Source: Octopus sinensis
Taxonomy: Eukaryota
Direction: 5' to 3'
Assembly: GCF_006345805.1 (NCBI RefSeq)
Contig: NW_021833338.1
Coordinates: forward strand, 1 to 27,421
Length of the DNA: 27,421 nt
Within the stretch, counting starts at the first letter, position 1. Each line of letters starts with the position of its first letter. The position numbers and the translations under genes are program-made. Shown here piece by piece: positions 20,304 through 27,421 of this stretch. The notes beneath the pieces are model-generated. The model searched no databases and was not told where the DNA came from. It saw only the letters and a list, made by a program, of their open reading frames with translations.

Positions 20304-23300
20304 CTGTTTGACTTTTGCTTTATATTTGTACAAGTTGGCTCCAAGTCTCACCCAGAGACCTCAAGAGACAACAGGGTTGGAAGTTCATGTTGTTGTTATG
20401 CCTAGTGTGTCATATATTTGGGGGGTGGGGATGTTGTACTAATGAATGTCTAAAAAAAAAAAATTTTTTTTTTTTTTTTTTTTAAACCGAAAATTATGGT
20501 TGTTTTAAACCTTGAGGTTACATAGAGAGTATTTTGCGTAGGATATGAGCAGTTCCCATGAGCACTATCTTTTGAACTTCTGCCATTTTGGGGTTTCCTG
20601 GTATCTGAGTTAGGTAGCTATCAGCCCCTTTTGCTATCATTCCCAGGGCACCTATGACAACAGGTATTGTTTTAGTCTTCAGCTTCCACATTTTGCTGAT
20701 TTCTATTTCAAGATCTTTATATTTGCTCAGTTTTTGGTAGGTCCTGACAGATACGTTTATATCGATTGGGACAGTCATATCAATGAGGAGGCATGTTCTT
20801 TGTTTGAAGTCTTTCAATATGATGTCTGGCCTATTTGCATCTATCTTCCTGTCAGTTTGAATGGTGAAGTTCCAGAGGAGTGAGATGTGGTCATTTTCAA
20901 GCACTGGGGGTGGTTGTGTTCCCACCAGTTTTTTTCATGGGGCAAATCCAGGTTTTTACAGATTACCCAGTGAATATATTGTGCAGCTCTATCGTGCCTG
21001 TTGAGATACTCTGTAGGCGCTAGAAGACTGCACTTGGAGACCACATGGTCAATGGTTTCATTTTGTTGCTTGCATACACGACACGTTGGACTGCTTCTGA
21101 TCTTTAATATGTTGGCCTGGTAGTTCTTGTTGGTAGGCATTGATCTTGAGCTGCTATGATAAACCCCTCTGTTTCAGATTTTAAGCCAGAGGCCATTAGC
21201 CATTGATGGGTCAGGGCTTTGTCGATATCTGCATTATTCGCTCTCTTTGGGTATTTGCCGTAGAGAGGTTTTCTTGCCATTTATTATTCAGAATATCTAA
21301 GGCCGCAGTTTTGGCAGGTTTTCATGCGCCTAGTTTTCTGTGCTTGTTTCTTGTATGTCTATCTCTAATTCCGAAATTGGTTGTATTCGGAATTCACTTA
21401 GATATTCTTTGCCTGTTTTGTGACTGAGTATGATGCTTTCTTGTTTTCATGTTTTGAGACAAGTTTTAATATCCAGTCCTCAGAGTTTTTCAGGTAGGTG
21501 TCTAGGCCAATTGTAGCAATCTTCATTGTTATTGCCAGTTGCAAAAGACCACGGCCTCCCTCTTTTCTTGGCAGATAGAGTCGTTCTGTATCTGCCTTAG
21601 GGTGGTGCATTCTATGCATTGTCAACAGTTTCCTTATTTTTCTGTCGAGCTGACATATTTCAGTAATTGACCAGTTAACAATATTGAAACTATAAGTCAC
21701 GACTGGTATAGCTAATGCATTGATTGCTTCGATCCTGTTTCTTGCATTCAGCTCTGTCTTGAGTATTGCTCTCACTCTTCGATAGCATTCTCTCCTGATC
21801 CTTTCCTTCATCTCTGAATGCCTTATTCCGTTCCCTTCATTACCCCTAGGTACTTGTAGCTCTCCGCTGGGTCTAGTTCTTTTATGACATTCTGTTGGTC
21901 AAGGTTAACGTTAGATGTTTCTGTCATTTTTCCTTTGATAAAGGTAGCCTTTGCACATTTATCGAGGCCGAATTGCATTCTGATGTCGTCACTGAATTGT
22001 TTGACTATCGCTAGTAAGCCCTTGAGTTGTTGATCATTTTTTGCAAAAAGCTTTAATCATCCATGTAAACGAGATGATTTATATTTTATCAAACATTTTA
22101 TACCCGTACTGCGCGTCATTGAGCAGCTTTGAGAGAGGTATTAAGGATAAACAAAAGAGGAGTGGTGACAGTGAGTCACCCTGGAAAATGCCACACGAAA
22201 TTTTTACATCACCAGCATTTAGGGATTCACTGTCACTGTTCAGAGTTAGTGTGGTTCTCCATGATCTCATACTTACAGTCAAGAAGTTTCGCAGAGTTGG
22301 TGCTATCTTATACATTTCAAGGCATTTCCTAATCCAGCTATGTGGTAGGCTATCAAAAGCCTTTTTTATAGTCTATCCAGGCTATTGATAAGTTTTTGTG
22401 TCTTCTAAGATCATCTTATTGATGAGTAGTTGGTCTTTACAGCCGTAGGATCCACGTTTACATCCTTTCTGTTCATTAGGGAATATGCTGCTGTCTGTTA
22501 AAAAACTATAGGTATATTCCGTCAGGACAGATGTTAGAGTTTTGTACATAGTTGTTAAGCAGGTTATGGGTCTATAGTTTTTTGTTCATTTGTTTCTTCA
22601 CTTTTTGGAAGCAGGAATGTTAACCCATTAACTAGCCAAGGAGGCATCCTACTAGGGTGTTGCAGAACATCATTGTACAGTTCTGTTAGCAGTTCATGGC
22701 TCTCTGGGAAGGCATTCAGCCAGAAGTTAGGAATTTTATCCTTTCCTGGAGACTTCCATTTGCTTGACCTCCTGAGAGCAGATCTTATATCTTCTACCTT
22801 GACACCCTCCCACTTTTGCTCTTCTAAGGGGTCCAGTTCTGTAGATATTCTGTCAATCCAGGGGCCTTTTCGTTGTGTGGTTTTTTCTTCTGCCCAGATT
22901 TTATTCCAAAATCTCTGCACTTCTTCTTTTGATGGTACAGACCCTGCAGTAAACGGTTTTTCCTATCTTCCTGTAAAAATTCTTGGTGTTATTTTTGAAC
23001 ATGTTGTTGTCCTTGAAAAATCTAATACCTTTTCATACCTCGCTATGCGGGTAGCTTTGGCAGATACCTTTTGTTTGATGGTTTCTATGGTGGCATCAAT
23101 ATCAAGTATAGTTTTCATATTGTATTTTTTAAGTAATTTTTGGGTTTTTGTAGGTTTGGTAGTCTTGTGAGCCTTAAGGTTTTTCAAATATTCAAAGTCA
23201 GATCTAAATACTTTAATTTGTTGTTGCAGACGCTCTTGCCAAGAAGGCTTTTTTGGGACTGTTGCCGTTTTCTAATCTTTACACCACATAGGATCGTTGA

Positions 23301-24156
23301 GATTTTCGCGGATGCATAGTATAGGTGGTTGAGGTTTGTGATATCAACATCATTAACTGAAATTATATCCTTAAGTGCAAGCCGGATTTTACCAATTATT
23401 TTCATGTTTTGGTTAGAGTTGCGGATTTTAGGAAGTGTATCACGCTCATCCATGCTGGTTTCTTTAATTTTCAGCCATTCAATCATGATTTGATTTTTTA
23501 GCTCATGTAGTTCTGTTGGGTCAATATTTGTGTGACTTTCTTTATCTATTTGATGCTCATCTGTCTTAGTGTTTATGATTGGTTCAGGGCGTATTTCACT
23601 TTGCCTATCACTTATACTAACTCTTTCAATCCTCTTCTTCGTTTTTATCCGCCCTGGGCTGGTCTATAATCATTTCCTCTGTATTATCTTCCTCTAGCTG
23701 CAGCTTCGTTCATTTTATCCGATATTGCTTGTCTAACCTGATCAATCTCTACTTCAGTCAGTAATTTCTTTTTTATAATGTTTCTTCTAACATTGGCAAG
23801 CTTGTTACTGTCTATGTAGGGTCTTACTTCAGGGTGTTTCTGTCTCCAGTTTAAGTATGCTTGTACGTGCTAGACTTATCTGTGGGGAAATATATGGCAT
23901 GGTAGAAGGCCTCGAGAACTTCTTTATATCTTCCCTAGACCATTTTTCCTTCTTTTCTTTTGATTATTTGGTGATGAGCATGGATGGCCATCTGTTGGAA
24001 TATTCCGGTTGTGGGGTTCGTCCAGCTCCTGTGTGTTGGGAGATTTGATCCAGTAACTGATTTTTCAATCAGGATTTGGTTCAATTTTCGGGTACGTGGT
24101 CTTTTGTAATCCGCGCAATGACCAATGCGGTTTATTGTTTGATTTGTGACCTGACC
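20304..24156 (-). mobile_element. Full-length Dong/R4-clade non-LTR retrotransposon (~3.85 kb; single ORF with RT, zinc knuckle and RLE, broken by frameshifts in this sequence)
   Basis: N-terminal KWSREDI..WRQKHPE; KSPGKDKIPNFWL; GIFQGDSLSPLLFCL; HLVYMDD; LYLPRKEGGRGL; CRVCKQQNETIDHVVSKC; ANRPDIILKD..CLLIDMTVP..K..KY..PVVIGALG; stop at 20518; about 210-bp 3' UTR; (TAA)n on both sides. Confidence 0.95.
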
Positions 24157-24455
24157 TTATTATTTATTATTATCATCATCATTATTATTATATTATTATT
24201 ATTTTATTATCATTATTATTATTATATTATTATATTATTATTATTATTATATTATTATCATCATTATATTATTATTATTATTATTATTATCATTATTATC
24301 ATCATCATTATTATTATTATTATTATTATTATATTATTATTATTATCATTATTATTATTATTATTATCATTATTATTATTATTATATTATTATTATTATT
24401 ATCATTATTATTATATTATTATTATTATCATTATTATTATTACTATTATTATTAT
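24157..24455. repeat. (TAT)n microsatellite between two Dong copies
   Basis: Direct reading. Confidence 0.97.
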
Positions 24456-24459
24456 GATT

Positions 24460-24801
24460 CTATGGTTGACTTTTGCTTTACATTTGTACAAAGTTGGCTC
24501 CAAGACTCACCCAGAGACTTCAAGAGACAACAAGTTGGAAGTTCATGTTGGTGTTATGCCTAGGCTGCCATATATTTGGTTTTGTACTTAGTGTTGTACT
24601 AGTTAATGTTTAAGAAACCATAAGAAAATTATGTTTGTTTTAAAACTTGAGATTACATAGAAAGTATTTTGCGTAGGATATGAGCAGTTCCCATGAGCAC
24701 TTTCTTTTGAATTTCTGCCATTTTGGGGTTTCCTGGTATCTGAGTTAGGTAGCAATCAGCCCCTTTTGCTATCATTCCCAGGGAACCTATGACAACAGGT
24801 A

Positions 24802-24806
<5 letters not shown>
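24460..24806 (-). mobile_element. 5'-truncated second copy of the same Dong family (last ~45 codons + 3' UTR)
   Basis: Aligns to 20304-20670 (about 85-90% by eye); flanked by (TAT)n on both sides. Confidence 0.93.
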
Positions 24807-24852
<46 letters not shown>

Positions 24853-25261
24853 ATTGTTTTGCTCCCTTCCTCTATTCTTCCTACTCTGTCAGGGTATATC
24901 CCAGGTGATGTGACGCAGTCGTGGTTCAGTTGTCGTGGGAGGTAGACGTCGTTTTTGTCCAATTACCCCATATGACTAACGCAGGATTCATTTCAATGAA
25001 TAATTGTATATTTTGTTCAAGGTTTTGATTTAATATACATTATCATGAAGATTGCCTGTTATATTATTTTTAATGTTCATATTCATCATAGATATCTAAA
25101 AATTCCACTTAGTAGGTATGTTGTAGGTATTTTCAAAATAAGTGTGATCTGAATCTAAGATTTAAAAAATTTTTCCTTAATTTTATTATTTATTTTATTG
25201 TATTGTTTTATATTAATATCAATCAACTACAAGAGTTTCAACTTCTCAGCAGTGATTGCAG

Positions 25262-25335
25262 AAATTTCGGCACAAGGCCAGTAATTTCAAGGAAGAGGGT
25301 AAGTTGAATACATCGACCCAGTACTTGCCCAGCGT
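25262..25335 (+). mobile_element. Fragment of an octopus-type SINE-like repeat
   Basis: tttcggcacaaggccagtaatttcaaggaagagggtaagttgaatacatcgacccagtact; the atacatcgacccagt part resembles the family B gattacatcgatcccagt motif at about 6440. Confidence 0.5.
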
Positions 25336-25417
25336 AATAATAATAATAACAATATAATAATAATAATAATAATAATAATATAATATAATAATAATAATTA
25401 ATAATAATAATAACAAC

Positions 25418-25463
<46 letters not shown>

Positions 25464-25490
25464 TAATAATACTAATAATAATAATAATAA
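25335..25490. repeat. (AAT)n microsatellite
   Basis: Direct reading. Confidence 0.97.
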
Positions 25491-25515
25491 TTTCTGATCT
25501 TGACACAAGGCCTGA

Positions 25516-25547
<32 letters not shown>

Positions 25548-25769
25548 CTGATCTTGACACAAGGCCTGAATAATACTAATAATAATAATAATAATTTTGA
25601 TCTTGACACAAGGCCTGAAATATACTAATAATAATAATAATAATTTCTGATCTTGACACAAGGCCTGAAATAATACTAATAAATATAATAATAATTCTGA
25701 TCTTGACACAAGGCCTGAAATAATACTAATAATAATAATAATAATTTCTGATCTTGACACAAGGCCTGA

Positions 25770-25801
<32 letters not shown>

Positions 25802-26050
25802 CTGATCTTGACACAAGGCCTGAAATAATACTAATAATAATAATAATAATTTCTGATCTTGACACAAGGCCTGAAATAATACTAATAATAATAATAATAA
25901 TTTCTGATCTTGACACAAGGCCTGAAATAATACTAATAATAATAATAATAATTTCTGATCTTGACACAAGGCCTGAAATAATACTAATAATAATAATAAT
26001 AATTTCTGATCTTGACACAAGGCCTGAAATAATAATAATAATAATAATAA
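25491..26050. repeat. Minisatellite: 11 copies of TTTCTGATCTTGACACAAGGCCTGAAA separated by (AAT)n
   Basis: 11 occurrences of gacacaaggcctgaa counted; unit about 48-55 bp. Confidence 0.95.
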
Positions 26051-26268
26051 TACTGCTGGGGCGGGGACAGCTTCGCTTCTTACAGATCAATTAAAAGAAC
26101 GGTGAGGCTCTGTAAAACATCGTAAATACTCGAGTCATTACAGTCTACTGGAGATAGAGATAAGAAGAAGTGGGTGAATGCCGACGCCGAAGCGATATCT
26201 CCTTGTCACTTTGTTAGTAATCAGTTCTGTTTAGAAGACGAAAAAAAAAAATCTGAATAATTCATACC

Positions 26269-26293
26269 GTTGTTGTTCTTCTTCTTGTTGTTG

Positions 26294-26335
<42 letters not shown>
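26269..26335. repeat. (GTT)n microsatellite
   Basis: Direct reading. Confidence 0.95.
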
Positions 26336-26574
26336 ATTGAGAGTGGTGCGTTATTTCGTTGGGGGTTTTTTTTTTGGTTTTTTTTTTGTTTGTTGTTGTT
26401 ATCGTTTGTCCTTTATTTAGTTACGATGTTGTTGCAGATGCTGCTGTTTCTTAGTGGTGTCCTAGATGTTCAGGTGTGTAAATTCCAATCAATAATCGAT
26501 AACCGAATCAATATAGCCTCCAGATAAACAAAACTACGGCTGAGCAGCATCACTCACTACAATAACACCACCGA

Positions 26575-26700
26575 TGAGAAGGAGAAGAAGAAGAAGAACA
26601 GCAACAACAGCAACAACAACTACAACAACTACAACAACCAGCAACGACATCAACTGCAAACACAACAACAACATTAATACTAATGACGATGATGACGACA
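26575..26700. repeat. (GAA)/(CAA)-rich degenerate trinucleotide tract
   Basis: Direct reading. Confidence 0.85.
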
Positions 26701-26740
26701 GCAATGTAATCACACAATCAAATTGTTTTTAGGTCAATGG

Positions 26741-26754
26741 GCGTAGTAGTAGTG

Positions 26755-26819
<65 letters not shown>

Positions 26820-26910
26820 GGTAGTGGTGGTAGTAGTGGTAGTAGTAGTAGTAGTAGCAGCAGTAGCAACGGTGATGGTGGTGGTGATGGTGGTGGTGGT
26901 GGCGGTAGTG

Positions 26911-26948
<38 letters not shown>

Positions 26949-26985
26949 GGTAGTAGTAGTAGTAGCAGCAATAGCAACGGTGATG

Positions 26986-27025
<40 letters not shown>

Positions 27026-27077
27026 CAGCAGCAGTAGCAACGGTGATGGTGGTGGTGATGGTGGTGGTGGTGGCGGT

Positions 27078-27120
<43 letters not shown>

Positions 27121-27146
27121 TGGTGGTGGTGGTGGTGGTGGTGGTA
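26741..27146. repeat. (GTA)/(GTG) compound tract with a higher-order repeat
   Basis: The subunit gcagc(a)gtagcaacggtgatggtggtgg recurs three times (about 26856, 26965 and 27026). Confidence 0.9.
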
Positions 27147-27334
27147 GGGTTTGCTAATAGGCTGATATTTATGTCTACCTCATCATCGGTTTTATAGGCC
27201 TTTTAATGTCCCTTTGTTTGAAAATGTTTCTTTGTGTCGGGGTTATATTAATGCGGCTCTTTATCGAGGGGCCATCTCATAGAGGTTGCCACAGCTACTG
27301 TTTTCTCCTCACACCCGACACTGCCTCCATTTCT

Positions 27335-27415
27335 TTCTCTCACTTTCTCTCACATACACTTCTTTTCCCTTTCTCTCTTTCTCCTCTCTTCCTCTCTCTC
27401 TCTCTCTCTCTCTTT
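27335..27415. repeat. (CT)n-rich tract
   Basis: Direct reading. Confidence 0.9.
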
Positions 27416-27421
27416 CTATAT

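Noticed and set aside
24050-24156. Possible HDV-like ribozyme at the Dong 5' end (GGUCAGG could pair with CCUGAUU as P1)
   Set aside because: I could not build canonical P3/L3, P1.1 or J4/2 elements by eye; an RNArobo/Infernal HDV-descriptor search would be needed.
24853-24965. GC-richer segment with the short ORF 24756..24962
   Set aside because: No recognisable motif in any frame; the ORF crosses a TAA tract into Dong antisense sequence.
25491-26050. Repeat-spacer pattern superficially like a CRISPR array
   Set aside because: The spacers are just (AAT)n, the context is eukaryotic and there are no cas genes; it is a minisatellite. Its CTGA...GAAA also lacks the hammerhead CUGANGA core.

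Overview
No host protein-coding gene can be supported in this 27.4 kb window. It is AT-rich, microsatellite-dense animal DNA, most likely intronic or intergenic and from an octopus (inferred from two tRNA-headed SINE families I recognise as octopus-type). It is almost entirely mobile-element debris: SINEs, a CRE-clade and a Jockey/CR1-group LINE relic, a decayed mariner, a hAT MITE with a perfect 8-bp TSD, Penelope-like element (PLE) relics (RT and GIY-YIG) and R4/Dong-clade non-LTR retrotransposons embedded in microsatellites. One Dong-like copy is full length (~3.85 kb). The frameshifts I inspected in it are mostly single-base homopolymer indels, so it may be intact. The main observation, invisible in the ORF track, is a cluster of type I hammerhead ribozyme motifs. 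One lies at 8181-8246, two lie head-to-head in a ~98% identical 560-bp palindrome (8452-9016), and a decayed fourth sits beside a 1-kb palindrome of PLE coding sequence. Ribozyme activity, family assignments and species are inferences to be tested.
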